This document shows positions 46,340 through 55,707 of a stretch of DNA of 64,000 bases, piece after piece. Positions within the stretch are counted from its first letter, which is position 1, and each line of letters begins with the position of its first letter. The translations under genes were made by a program, and so were the position numbers. Origin of the DNA: Myxococcota bacterium (GTDB lineage: Bacteria > Myxococcota_A > UBA9160 > SZUA-336); the NCBI GenBank assembly GCA_046757685.1, contig JBHHYV010000002.1, forward strand, positions 8,598 through 72,597, in the 5' to 3' direction. The notes below the pieces were generated by a model. It saw only the letters and a list, made by a program, of their open reading frames with translations. It was not told the origin of the DNA and made no database searches.

Positions 46340-47707
46340 ATGCAGACTTCATGGGGCGCGTGCTGCGCGCTGATTCTCTCGATCGCGGGCGCGCTACCGG
46401 CGAGGACCGCGGCGGCGGCCGAGCCCGGCGCGACCTCCGTGCGGCGGCCGCTCCGCGCGCTGCTGCGAGCGCTCGACGATGCCTCGCCGGAGAGCCTTCC
46501 GGGCGTGTCCGCGGCGCCGGGCGAGGCGCGACCGACTGCCCTGGCTCTCTGGCGCCAGCGCGATGCGGAGAGCTTCGACCGAAGCGACTTCCTGGAGCAT
46601 CCCCTCCGCTACGCCGAGAGCTTCGAGCGCCTGACCGAGGCGCCCGACCCCGATCCCTGGACGCAGCACGGAATGGAGGGCTCCCTGCGTACACGCCCCG
46701 GGCGCCGCAACCTCTTTCTGGCCCGGGCTCGCCGGGGAAGGCTCGAGGTGGCGCTGGGTGACCTGGGTGCCACGCGCTGGCTCGACTCGGTCTTCGGGGC
46801 GCGCGCCGATGACGACGGATGCTGGCAGACGCCCGAGGGCGCCCGAGCGATGTTGCTCTACTGCCCCGCGCTGGACGTCGCGATGGTGCAGGTCCCCGAC
46901 GGCTACGAGGTGGCGCTCTCGGCGGGCGGCGATACTCCCGAGACGCGCGAGCGGGTCCACCTGTCGGGGACCGTCCTCGACAACGTGAACCTCTACGTGC
47001 GCGAGGTCTACCCGCGCCACCCCTCAGCCCGGGCCACCGGATCGGTCTGGGGCAACATCCGGGCGGGCCTCTCCGACGCGAGAAGGGACGGGGTCGATGC
47101 CGTCCGTCACCTCGCCCTCGGAACGAGCGAGGTCCACATGCACACCGGCGTGCGCCGCCCGCGTCCCTCGGTGCTCGCGGGGCTGCCGAGGACGCTCGCG
47201 ATGGCGATGACGGGGGACGTCTTCGCCGCACTCTCCGAGGCGCGCCAGACGGGAGAGGGAGCGGTGCAGGTGGCCGCTGACCTCGTGAGCGCGGTCGACA
47301 ACGCCCTGCTCACACCGATCCTGCAGCTCGCCCTGGCAACGGATCCCGGAGCCCGGTCCGCCGACACGATCGGCGATTGGCTGGGTGCCCTGATGCAGTC
47401 CGCGGTCAAGAACCTCCCGCTCGGCGAACGCTCGAACGGAGTCATCGACCTGCGCGACAGCTGGTTCCACGACCGCGGCTGGGAGCCGGCCCGCTATACG
47501 CGCACCGACACCCAGCTCTTCATCGATCGCGCGATGACCGTGCTCGAGTTCGGAGCCGTGCGCACTGCCTTCGCCCTCAACCGCCAGGCGGGGGGCGCGC
47601 AGGGGGGTGGCGGTGGGCTTCCCACCCCGCTCGGGGACTTCCCCGGGGATGGCGTCTTCGAGGCGCCCTTTCCTGCGGGCGGCTGCGGCCTCTACTGCCT
47701 GGAGTAG
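46340..47707 (+). CDS. Hypothetical secreted protein (455 aa)
   Basis: ATG 46340 after GGGGG. Signal peptide MQTSWGACCALILSIAGALPARTAAAA. No family recognised. Confidence 0.6.
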   Translation: MQTSWGACCALILSIAGALPARTAAAAEPGATSVRRPLRALLRALDDASPESLPGVSAAPGEARPTALALWRQRDAESFDRSDFLEHPLRYAESFERLTEAPDPDPWTQHGMEGSLRTRPGRRNLFLARARRGRLEVALGDLGATRWLDSVFGARADDDGCWQTPEGARAMLLYCPALDVAMVQVPDGYEVALSAGGDTPETRERVHLSGTVLDNVNLYVREVYPRHPSARATGSVWGNIRAGLSDARRDGVDAVRHLALGTSEVHMHTGVRRPRPSVLAGLPRTLAMAMTGDVFAALSEARQTGEGAVQVAADLVSAVDNALLTPILQLALATDPGARSADTIGDWLGALMQSAVKNLPLGERSNGVIDLRDSWFHDRGWEPARYTRTDTQLFIDRAMTVLEFGAVRTAFALNRQAGGAQGGGGGLPTPLGDFPGDGVFEAPFPAGGCGLYCLE

Positions 47708-47898
47708 CGGCGCACGCGACCCCCGGGGAAAGGACGAGCCGGGGGTAGTCAAGGGCGCCCCTCCTGGCTTATGCTCTCGCGGCAGTTACGCGGGACCCGA
47801 GGGGGCGGCTGCGCCACTCTCCGCGGGCTTTCGCCACTATCAGTTCAGGCTCTGCGCCGGGGCGCCTCCCGCTCCTGCGCCGCAATGGGAGGATCTTG

Positions 47899-49248
47899 AT
47901 GCGCGCCTTCGCCGCCATGCTGGCCTTGACCCTGGCCGTGCCGACCCTGGCACGGGCCCAGGAGTCCGCCGAGGACGTCGTTCCGGGAGTGCCCTTCAAG
48001 GAGGGCGACGTCATCTCGTTCGACCAGGTCGACAAGATGAAGAACTACCTGCCGCCGGAGTTCTGGGCGAATCGCGAGTACTTCTTCTACGAGGGCATGG
48101 AGCTCAAGATCGGTCCCTTCTTCCGCAAGTACGGCGAGGCCGACGCCTACCGCAAGGCGACCCAGGAGTACGCGGGCACCGTCAAGATCGGCAAGGACGG
48201 GGCGCTCGTGAACTACCAGGCGGGCCAGCCCTTCCCGACCGACTCGATCGACTGCAAGGGTGATCCGCAGGCGGGCGTCAAGATCATCTGGAACTTCAAC
48301 AAGGCCTGGAATGGCGATGGCTCCCACTCGACCTGGTCGTACACGTACTGGGACCGCGGGGAGCAGCTGCCGCTCTACTACGAGGGAACGGCGCGTGCGA
48401 TCGCGCTCAAGCACCGGGTAGAGCCCAAGTACCTGCCGAAAGACCGCAACATCTTCAAGAACGAGAAGCGGAGCAGCGCCTTCGGAATCGAGGTGACCGC
48501 CCCCTTCGACGCCCGCGGCATCCTGCTCATGACCTACCGCTACGCGTCTGCCGATGGGCCCCTCGACGAGGCCAAGAACGACGACACCTGGGTCTACCTG
48601 CCCGACCTGCGCCGCGTGCGGCGCATCTCGACCGCCCAGCGCACCGACTCGGTCCAGGGCACCGACTTCACGATGGACGACCTGCGAAGCTTCTCCGGAA
48701 TTCCGCCGCAGTACTCGTGGGACTGCCTCGGCGAGGCCGACGTGCTGTCGCCCTTCAACACCAGCCATCTCGCGTATCCCTACCGGGATGACTACAACTT
48801 CGGCCCCTATGGCTTCTCGTTCGCGAACGACTCGTGGGAGCTGCGACACGCCTGGATCATCCGCTTCGACCCGAAGAACGAGGACCATCCCTACCACCAC
48901 AAGGACATCTACGTAGACAAGGAGACCTACGAGCCGCTCTACAGCTTTGCCTACGACCGCAAGAAGGAGCTGTGGAAGGTCATCTGGCACAACCACCGCT
49001 ACTCCGACGACTGGCAGGCCCAGGACAAGGAGCATACCGATCCGCTCGCGAAGAACGGCGTCTGGTACCCGGGCTGGGACGGGGTCGAGGACCCCAAGGA
49101 CCTGCGGATCGTGAGCGACATCATCGTGAACGTGCAGACCGGGACCGGCAACCGGATCGAGTTCTGGAACAACGCGGGAACGCCCCTGCCCTCGAAGGGC
49201 AAGATCCGTCGCTACATCGACATCGGCCGCCTGAACAAGGGACGCTGA
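47899..49248 (+). CDS. Secreted protein, DUF1329-like (tentative)
   Basis: ATG 47899 (TTG at 47896) after GGGAGGA. Signal peptide MRAFAAMLALTLAVPTLARA. W/Y/N/K-rich beta-type composition unlike its neighbours. Confidence 0.7.
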   Translation: MRAFAAMLALTLAVPTLARAQESAEDVVPGVPFKEGDVISFDQVDKMKNYLPPEFWANREYFFYEGMELKIGPFFRKYGEADAYRKATQEYAGTVKIGKDGALVNYQAGQPFPTDSIDCKGDPQAGVKIIWNFNKAWNGDGSHSTWSYTYWDRGEQLPLYYEGTARAIALKHRVEPKYLPKDRNIFKNEKRSSAFGIEVTAPFDARGILLMTYRYASADGPLDEAKNDDTWVYLPDLRRVRRISTAQRTDSVQGTDFTMDDLRSFSGIPPQYSWDCLGEADVLSPFNTSHLAYPYRDDYNFGPYGFSFANDSWELRHAWIIRFDPKNEDHPYHHKDIYVDKETYEPLYSFAYDRKKELWKVIWHNHRYSDDWQAQDKEHTDPLAKNGVWYPGWDGVEDPKDLRIVSDIIVNVQTGTGNRIEFWNNAGTPLPSKGKIRRYIDIGRLNKGR

Positions 49249-49483
49249 GTCGAACACCGGCGGCTCCCGGCCGCCTGGATCGAGAGGGGCTCGCGGCCAC
49301 CCGGTCGCGGGCCCCCCGCACGTGAGGGCGGCAACCCGGGAGAGGGAACGCGGATGGAAGCCGTGTTCCTGGATCGGGAACTCGACTGCACACCGGGTCG
49401 GCAGAGCGGAGGCAGCTCCCGATCCAAGTCCCGCCGATGCGGCGGGCCGGATCCGAGGCGCGGGACTTGCAGCTCCCGAGGCC

Positions 49484-50653
49484 ATGCGGACCGTCGTATG
49501 GGTCGCGCTCGCGCTGCTCCTCGGCGCCTGCGGCCTCAACCATTCCAACTCCGCCGTCGAGGACCACCCGGACATCGACATCGGGGCCGGTGCGACGGTC
49601 GTCTATCCGGGAGAGACCACACCCGCCCTGCCCCGCCGGTCCGGGGCCTCTGGCGGCGCCGGAGCGGCGGGGACGGAGCGCTCGGATGCGGCACGTCGCG
49701 AGCCCACCATGCTCGGCGGAATGAGTGGCTCCCTCTCGAAGACCCAGCGCAACCGCCAGACCCCCTTCGGTCCCATCACCACGATCTTCGGCTACCCGTT
49801 CTGGATCTTCGGCAAGTCGATCCACCGGCAGGCCGAGGAGGCGGTCCAGAGCCGGCAGTCCGAGCCCGAGGCCGAGGCCCCGGAGCCCTCGCGCACGACG
49901 GTATCGGGCCCCGACCGGCTGGAGCGCGAGCGGGTGATGCGAGAGAACCGCGAGATGCAGCAGCAGCTCGAGCGAGAGAGCGCGCGCCCCGCACCCCGCG
50001 CGCCCGAGACCACGATCGCCGAAGAGCTCGCCGCACTCGAGCGTTCGCTCCGCCGGCCCGAGGCCCGGCCCACCCGGCCCCCGGCGCCGCGAGCGACCGA
50101 TGCGGTCGATCGCAACGGAGATGGCAACCCCGACCTCTGGGTGTTCGACGAGGCGAGGGGACGCCGCGAGCTGCTCGACGAGAATCACGACGGTCGGGCG
50201 GACCGGGAGCTTCGCTACGACGCACAGGGCCAGCTCACCCGTAGCGCAGAGGACGGCGACGGGGACGGACGCATGGAGTCCGTCACCGTCTACGCGAACG
50301 GGGAGCCTGCGCGGCGCCGCTCCGACAGCGATGGAGACGGCCAGGTCGATAGCTGGAGCTTCTTCGCACAGGGCGAGCTGGTGCGCCGAGAGGTGGACCG
50401 GGACGGGGATGGCTTTCGTGATCTCGTCTTCTACTACTCGGCCGGATCGCTGCTGCGCGAGGAGGCCGACCGCAACGGCGACGGCCGACCCGACGTGGTG
50501 ACCCGCTACCGGAACGGCGAGAAGTCCGAGGTCGACGAGGACCTGGACTTCGACGGGACGACCGATGTGAAGTCGTACTTCCAGGCGGGCAAGCTGATCC
50601 GCAAGGAGGTGCGCTCCGAGGATCTGCTCGAGCAGACCTCGAAGGGATCCTGA
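49484..50653 (+). CDS. Lipoprotein with seven tandem Dx[DN]GDGxxD (calcium-binding/FG-GAP-like) repeats
   Basis: ATG 49484 in ORF 49322..50653. Lipobox LLLGAC. Repeats of about 24 aa: DRNGDGNPD, DENHDGRAD, DGDGDGRME, DSDGDGQVD, DRDGDGFRD, DRNGDGRPD, DFDGTTD. Confidence 0.7.
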   Translation: MRTVVWVALALLLGACGLNHSNSAVEDHPDIDIGAGATVVYPGETTPALPRRSGASGGAGAAGTERSDAARREPTMLGGMSGSLSKTQRNRQTPFGPITTIFGYPFWIFGKSIHRQAEEAVQSRQSEPEAEAPEPSRTTVSGPDRLERERVMRENREMQQQLERESARPAPRAPETTIAEELAALERSLRRPEARPTRPPAPRATDAVDRNGDGNPDLWVFDEARGRRELLDENHDGRADRELRYDAQGQLTRSAEDGDGDGRMESVTVYANGEPARRRSDSDGDGQVDSWSFFAQGELVRREVDRDGDGFRDLVFYYSAGSLLREEADRNGDGRPDVVTRYRNGEKSEVDEDLDFDGTTDVKSYFQAGKLIRKEVRSEDLLEQTSKGS

Positions 50654-50661
50654 GCCTCCGG

Positions 50662-51159
50662 GTGCCGGAGCCGCGCGTTCGGACCGTCGCGGCGCTGCTT
50701 GCCGGCCTGGCGATCTCGCTCTGGTGCACGGCGGACCCGCTGGCGGCCCTCGCGCAGTCGCGCTCGGAGCGCGCCGTCCTGGAGCGCGTGAACGCGCTGC
50801 GCATCGAGCACCACCTTCAGGCGCTCCGCAGCGACGCCGAGCTCGCCCGGGTGGCGCTGGCGCATGCGAGAGAGATGGCCGACGAAGGCTACCTCGATCA
50901 CATCGACCGCGCCGGGCGCAACCCGCTCCAGCGTGCGCAGGCGGCAGGCATCGGCGACGTGGTGCTGCTCGCAGAGAACATCGCCGCCTCGAATGTCGCC
51001 CAGAGCCGCCTCGATGCGGTGCTCCGCAGCTGGCTCCAGTCCCACTCCCATCGCGAGAACCTGCTCAACCCCGCCTTCGACGAGACCGGGATCGGGATCG
51101 CCGATGCCCCCGACGGCACCCGGATCTACGTCGAGCTATTCGCGACGCGGGAGCGCTGA
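50662..51159 (+). CDS. CAP/SCP/PR-1 (YkwD-like) domain secreted protein
   Basis: GTG 50662. Signal peptide. CAP motifs (HNxxR-like EHHLQAL; GHYTQ-like EGYLDHI; ENI). Confidence 0.8.
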   Translation: MPEPRVRTVAALLAGLAISLWCTADPLAALAQSRSERAVLERVNALRIEHHLQALRSDAELARVALAHAREMADEGYLDHIDRAGRNPLQRAQAAGIGDVVLLAENIAASNVAQSRLDAVLRSWLQSHSHRENLLNPAFDETGIGIADAPDGTRIYVELFATRER

Positions 51160-52026
51160 GGGGGAGCCCACCGGCGCCGCGAGGGTGGCGTCGATGTGGC
51201 GATCGTTCCACCAGATCTCCATGGGACGGGCGGGATCGAAGCGCTCGGGGACTCGCAGATAGCCGAGCGCCAGGGACCCCGCCGGGAGGCGACCCGGTCT
51301 CCCAACGAGGAAGAGGATCTCCCCGGGGACCGCGGGATCCGGCCGGAAGCTGGCGCCGCCCTGGGTGACCAGGAAGTTCGGGTAGAACTCCACCGGCTGC
51401 GAGGCGCGCGCCGTGAACAGGAGCAGGTGCCCCGGGGAATCCGCCGGAAGCGCACGACCTGCGCGCTGCTCGAAGGCCGGCGACCAGGCGATCTGGAGAC
51501 TCAGCCTGGGCTCCCCGCTCGCGGTCTCCACGACCATCTCGGCGGGCGTGATGCGTTGCCGGAGCGCGATCAACCGAACCAGGTCCCGCAGCTCTCTCTC
51601 ACCGATCGAGAGCTCCGCCGAGAGCCCACCCGCTCCGGCCCCGCCCGCCGGGGGAGCCTGCGCCGGCTCCGATCGGCCCTGGGCCAGTCTCCCGGGCGCG
51701 CGACCGGGACCGGGTGGAGCCGCACCGGCCTCGCCGCGCCGCAGCGCGCGAATGCGACGCGCCTCGTCGACCAGGTTGTAGGGATTGTTGGGGTTGCGCG
51801 CTTCCTGATCCACGATCCACTTGTAGGGTCGCGGCATCAGCTGCGGGCGCAGGGGCGGAATCTCGGAAGGATCCATCAGCTTCGCGTGCGCGCAGGGCAC
51901 GTCCGCCGCGCTTCCGACGATGAAGGCGCTTCCGTCGGGGCAGACTCCGGCCACCGAGCCCGCGACCGCAGCGGCGGGAAGGCTCGCGAGCAGCAGCAGG
52001 AGGAGCGGCGATCCAAGGAGCCTCAC
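51136..52026 (-). CDS. Hypothetical secreted protein
   Basis: ORF 51136..52083 trimmed to GTG 52026 (VRLLGSPLLLLLLASLPAAAVA...). The upstream part of the ORF runs into an AT-rich non-coding island. Confidence 0.5.
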   Translation of the reverse strand: MRLLGSPLLLLLLASLPAAAVAGSVAGVCPDGSAFIVGSAADVPCAHAKLMDPSEIPPLRPQLMPRPYKWIVDQEARNPNNPYNLVDEARRIRALRRGEAGAAPPGPGRAPGRLAQGRSEPAQAPPAGGAGAGGLSAELSIGERELRDLVRLIALRQRITPAEMVVETASGEPRLSLQIAWSPAFEQRAGRALPADSPGHLLLFTARASQPVEFYPNFLVTQGGASFRPDPAVPGEILFLVGRPGRLPAGSLALGYLRVPERFDPARPMEIWWNDRHIDATLAAPVGSPSALPRRE

Positions 52027-52062
52027 GATCTCGATTCTACTCGATGGAAATTCTCTAAGCGA

Positions 52063-52074
52063 CTGATTAATCAG
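52063..52074. promoter_or_regulatory. Perfect 12-bp palindrome CTGATTAATCAG within an AT-rich island (about 52030-52120); candidate regulator-binding site or promoter
   Basis: Read directly. Lies 37-48 nt upstream of the 52026 start, between two co-directional genes. Confidence 0.3.
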
Positions 52075-52122
52075 ATAAATCAAAGATCCAGGGACTTGTC
52101 ATCCAAGCTGCCGGCGGACCGA

Positions 52123-52905
52123 TCAGCGGCTCGCCCCCTCGATCATGCGCGCCAGCGCATGGCGCTCCCGCGGAGACAGCGGTCGAGAGCCGCCGGGCCG
52201 CAGGCCCGAGAGAACGAGGGGTCCGAAGCGGATCCGCACGAGACGCCGCACCGGATGCCCGAGCGCGGAGAGCAGGCGGCGGATCTGGTGGCGGCGGCCT
52301 TCTGCAAGCGTCAGCTCGACGACACTGCGCTCCTCGGAGCTCTCGAGGAGTCGAGCGTCGGCGACCCGGAGCCGCTCTCCCTCGAGCTCGATCCCCGCGG
52401 TCATCTGGCGCAGCGCCTCGGCGCGCAGGCGTCCCTCGACGCTGACGCGGTACACGCGCGGAACCTCGAAGGCGGGATGGAGCAGGGCATGAGCCGCCTC
52501 CCCGTCGTTGGTCAGGAGCATCAGCCCCTCGCTGGCAGCGTCGAGCCGCCCGACTGGAAAGAGCCGCTCGCGCGGGTCTCTCCGGGGCACGAGATCGAGC
52601 ACCGTCCGGCGGGAGTGCGGATCCCGTGTCGTCGATACGACGCCCCGTGGCTTGTAGACCAGGTAGCTCCGCAGCGCCGGTGGGCGCCCCAGCCTCCGAC
52701 CGTCGACCTCGATCCGGTCACGCTCCGGGTGTGCGCGGGTCCCGAGCTCTCGAATGACCCGGCCGTTCAGCGACACCCGGCCGGAGAGGATCAGCTGCTC
52801 CGCGCGCCGTCGCGACGCGATTCCGGCCTGTGCGATCAGCTTCTGCAGGCGGACACCGGAGGCCTGGGAGTCAGGCGTCGGCCGGCGCGGGCCTTGCGGA
52901 CACAT
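52123..52905 (-). CDS. rluB: 23S rRNA pseudouridine synthase (RluB/RsuA family; S4 domain plus PseudoU_synth)
   Basis: ORF 52123..52905. S4 motif (VRLQKLIAQAGIASRRRAEQLI). Catalytic VGRLDAASEGLMLLTND. Confidence 0.85.
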   Translation of the reverse strand: MCPQGPRRPTPDSQASGVRLQKLIAQAGIASRRRAEQLILSGRVSLNGRVIRELGTRAHPERDRIEVDGRRLGRPPALRSYLVYKPRGVVSTTRDPHSRRTVLDLVPRRDPRERLFPVGRLDAASEGLMLLTNDGEAAHALLHPAFEVPRVYRVSVEGRLRAEALRQMTAGIELEGERLRVADARLLESSEERSVVELTLAEGRRHQIRRLLSALGHPVRRLVRIRFGPLVLSGLRPGGSRPLSPRERHALARMIEGASR

Positions 52906-53494
52906 CTGGGGGCGCGGTCGGCGACTCCGAAGCGGACGTCGGCCGCGGGGGCCGGGCCTCTTCGAGCGCCGCGAGATCGCGAAGGGTAGGTAGATCGCTC
53001 AGCGACCCGAGCCCGAAGGTCTCCAGGAAGCGGCTTGCGGTTCCGTAGAGTGCCGGCCGTCCCGGCGCATCGCGACGCCCGACCACCCGGATCAGGTTGC
53101 GCTCCAGCAGGCTCTTGAGAACCGCGCCACAGTCGACGCAGCGGAGGTCCTCGAGCTCTGGACGCGTGACGGGCTGGCGGTAGGCGATCACGGCGAGCGT
53201 CTCGAGCGCGGGCCGGGACAGTCGCAAGCGGCGCTCCGGCTGTGCGGCGCGCAGCACCTCGGCGTAGCGGGGCCGGGTCTGGAAGCGGTAGCCGCCCGCC
53301 ACGTGGACGATCTCGTAGGGTCGACCCTGAGCCGAGAGCTCCTCGTTGATCTCGGCCACCAGGTCCGGAATGCGCGAGGGCGTCAGGGTCGGGAGGGCGC
53401 GGCGGATGAGCGCGGCGGTGGCCGGCGCGTCGCAGCTGAAGATCAGCGCCTCGAGCGCGCGCCGGGGGCTCTCTGGGCTTGCCATCTCAGGCAC
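52871..53494 (-). CDS. scpB: Segregation and condensation protein B
   Basis: ORF 52871..53494 (GTG; alternative ATG 53485). Two winged-helix repeats (ALEALIFS...; LETLAVIAYRQPVTRPELEDL). Confidence 0.85.
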   Translation of the reverse strand: MPEMASPESPRRALEALIFSCDAPATAALIRRALPTLTPSRIPDLVAEINEELSAQGRPYEIVHVAGGYRFQTRPRYAEVLRAAQPERRLRLSRPALETLAVIAYRQPVTRPELEDLRCVDCGAVLKSLLERNLIRVVGRRDAPGRPALYGTASRFLETFGLGSLSDLPTLRDLAALEEARPPRPTSASESPTAPPDVSARPAPADA

Positions 53495-54314
53495 TCTCCG
53501 GCGACGGCAAGGGAGCAGCCACGCAGATCGGGCCGGGCGCCTCGATCCGGTCGACGCCGGGCTCGGGCGTCAGGTGAACCCGGATCGGGCCCGACGGAGC
53601 TCCGCCCTCGTCCTCGTTCTGGAAGATCCGCAGCACCTGGAGCCTGGCCAGCTCGAGGATCGCAAGGAACGTGAGCACGATGCGCTCACGGCTCGGAACG
53701 CCATCCTCGAGCAGAGCCGCGAGACGCACCTCGCGTTCGGCGCTCCGCTCGAGCCGGTCCATGACGTATCGAATCCGGTCTCGCAGCGTGAAGCGCTCGC
53801 GCCCGATCGCGTGGGGAGCTGGCTCGGGGGGGACGCGCGCGAGCACTCCCCGGAGCGCCTCGAGCAGGGCCACGACGCTGACGGGCTGCGTCGCCTCGCG
53901 CTCGGGAATGCTCGCGGGATCGACCGCCCCGGAGAAGACGTCCCGACCCAGGAGGGGGCGGGCGCCGAGCTCGCGAGCGACCTCTTGAAAGCGCGCATAC
54001 TCGGCGAGCCGCTGCGCCAGCTCCGCGCGAGGATCGTGCGCGTCGGGCTCCGCGAGCTCGTCGGGATCCGGAGGAAGCAGCATCCGGGACTTCAGATGGG
54101 CGAGCGTCGCGGCCATGAGCAGGTAGTCCGCGGCGACATCGATGTCGAGGCTTCGCCACAGCTCGAGGTAGTCCAGGTACTGAGCGGAGATCTGCGCGAT
54201 CGGGATGTCGGAGAGGTCGACCTCGTTGGCCCGGATCAGGTGGAGCAGCAGGTCGAGCGGACCTTCGAACGCCTCGAGCTTGACCGCGTAGGCGCGGCCC
54301 GCGGTCTCGCCCAC
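53487..54314 (-). CDS. scpA: Segregation and condensation protein A
   Basis: ORF 53487..54557 trimmed to GTG 54314, because ScpA proteins begin shortly before ...YAVKLEAFEGPLDLLLHLIR. Start is uncertain; in-frame ATGs also occur at 54479 and 54497. Confidence 0.75.
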   Translation of the reverse strand: MGETAGRAYAVKLEAFEGPLDLLLHLIRANEVDLSDIPIAQISAQYLDYLELWRSLDIDVAADYLLMAATLAHLKSRMLLPPDPDELAEPDAHDPRAELAQRLAEYARFQEVARELGARPLLGRDVFSGAVDPASIPEREATQPVSVVALLEALRGVLARVPPEPAPHAIGRERFTLRDRIRYVMDRLERSAEREVRLAALLEDGVPSRERIVLTFLAILELARLQVLRIFQNEDEGGAPSGPIRVHLTPEPGVDRIEAPGPICVAAPLPSPESA

Positions 54315-54436
54315 CGGGGAGTCCTCGGTCCGCTGCGGGGCGGAGGACGGCCGGGGGATCAGCGGTGCGCTCGCGGGTGGTGTGGATGCGATCAAGCGGT
54401 GGATTCCTGGAGCACTGGGGCGGCGCTCGGGGAAAG

Positions 54437-55707
54437 CTACCTCACGAATCCCTGGGGGCCAAGCGCCGCAGCCAGGCATCGTCGACGAGCCGCCCATCGA
54501 GCGAGCGGGCGCGGGCACGGCGCAGTGCGCGCCCGAGCGCGACCCCGCGAAAGCCAAGCGCTCGAAGCCGGCGCCCGTCGACCGGCGAGGCTCGCAGGCG
54601 CAGGTCGCACGCGTAGCGCCGGACCGCGCTGCGGGCGTTGCGATCCCCCGCGCAGAACAGGGCGAGCAGGGCGGGCTCGCCGAGGCCGTGCAGCAGCGCG
54701 TCGACGCGCCCGTCGCTGGGACGGCGAGCGAGCGCCCGAAGGAGCCCAGGCAGGGCGGCCAGATCGGCCTCGAGCCGCGCGCTGCGTCGGCCGCGATAGC
54801 CGAGCCGCCGCCAGGCCTCTCGCCGGACCGAAGGCGGCGCCGCGAGCCAGATCAGCCGCAGGCCGCAGGCCGCGCGGGTCTCGGCCTCGGCGGCCTGGGG
54901 CCAGGGGGGACGTGTACGAAGCCCCTCGAGCGCCCGCAGGGCGCGATGGGCGGCCGGGCGCAGGGCACTTCCCGGGCAGGTCGCGCCTAGGACGCCGGAG
55001 CGATCCGCCAGGGCCAGCGCAGCGGAGATCCGCGGCTCCTCCAGGGTGCGCCAGAGCTCCCGGGCCAGGCGATCTCCGCTCACGCGGTCCAGCACCCTCC
55101 GTGCCAGCGCTGCGCGTCGCGCCCGCAGCGTGGCCGGGGTCCATCGCAGCCGCAGCCGCGAGGCATAGCGAACCGCCCGCCAGAGGCGCGTGGGGTCGTC
55201 GTCGAAGCTCGCCGGATGCAGGATTCGCAGCCACCGCTCCCGCAGGTCGCGCGCACCCCCGAAGGGATCGAGGAGCTCGCCTCCGCTGGCTGGCTCGAGC
55301 GGCAGGGCCATGGCGTGGATGCTGAAGTCGCGGCGAGCGAAGTCGTCCTCGAGTGTGGCCGGCTCGACGCGTGGGAGGCTGCCGGGATGCGGATAGCGCT
55401 CGCGCCGCGCCCGGGCCAGGTCGAGCGAGAGCGGGCCCGCCTCGACGCGCGCGGTCAGGAAGCGAAGGTGGAGGCGAACGTGCCCACCCAGTGATCGGGC
55501 GCTCCCGCGCGCAACCGCCTCGAGGTTCCCGTCCAGCAGCACGTCGAGATCTCCGATGGGGGCGCCAGCCAGGAGGTCACGGACCGGCCCCCCGACCAGG
55601 AAGCTCGAGGTGCCGAGCCGGCGGGCCTCGTGCGCCACGACCTCGAGGCCGCGTGCGCGGGAACCCAGGCGCCTCCAGAGACGTCGCCGCAGCGGCTCGG
55701 CCCTCAC
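54437..55707 (-). CDS. cca: CCA-adding tRNA nucleotidyltransferase / poly(A) polymerase family
   Basis: ORF 54437..56046 trimmed to GTG 55707, which overlaps the xerD stop (GTGA). Pol-beta motif LVGGPVRDLLAGAPIGDLDVLLDG. Confidence 0.8.
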
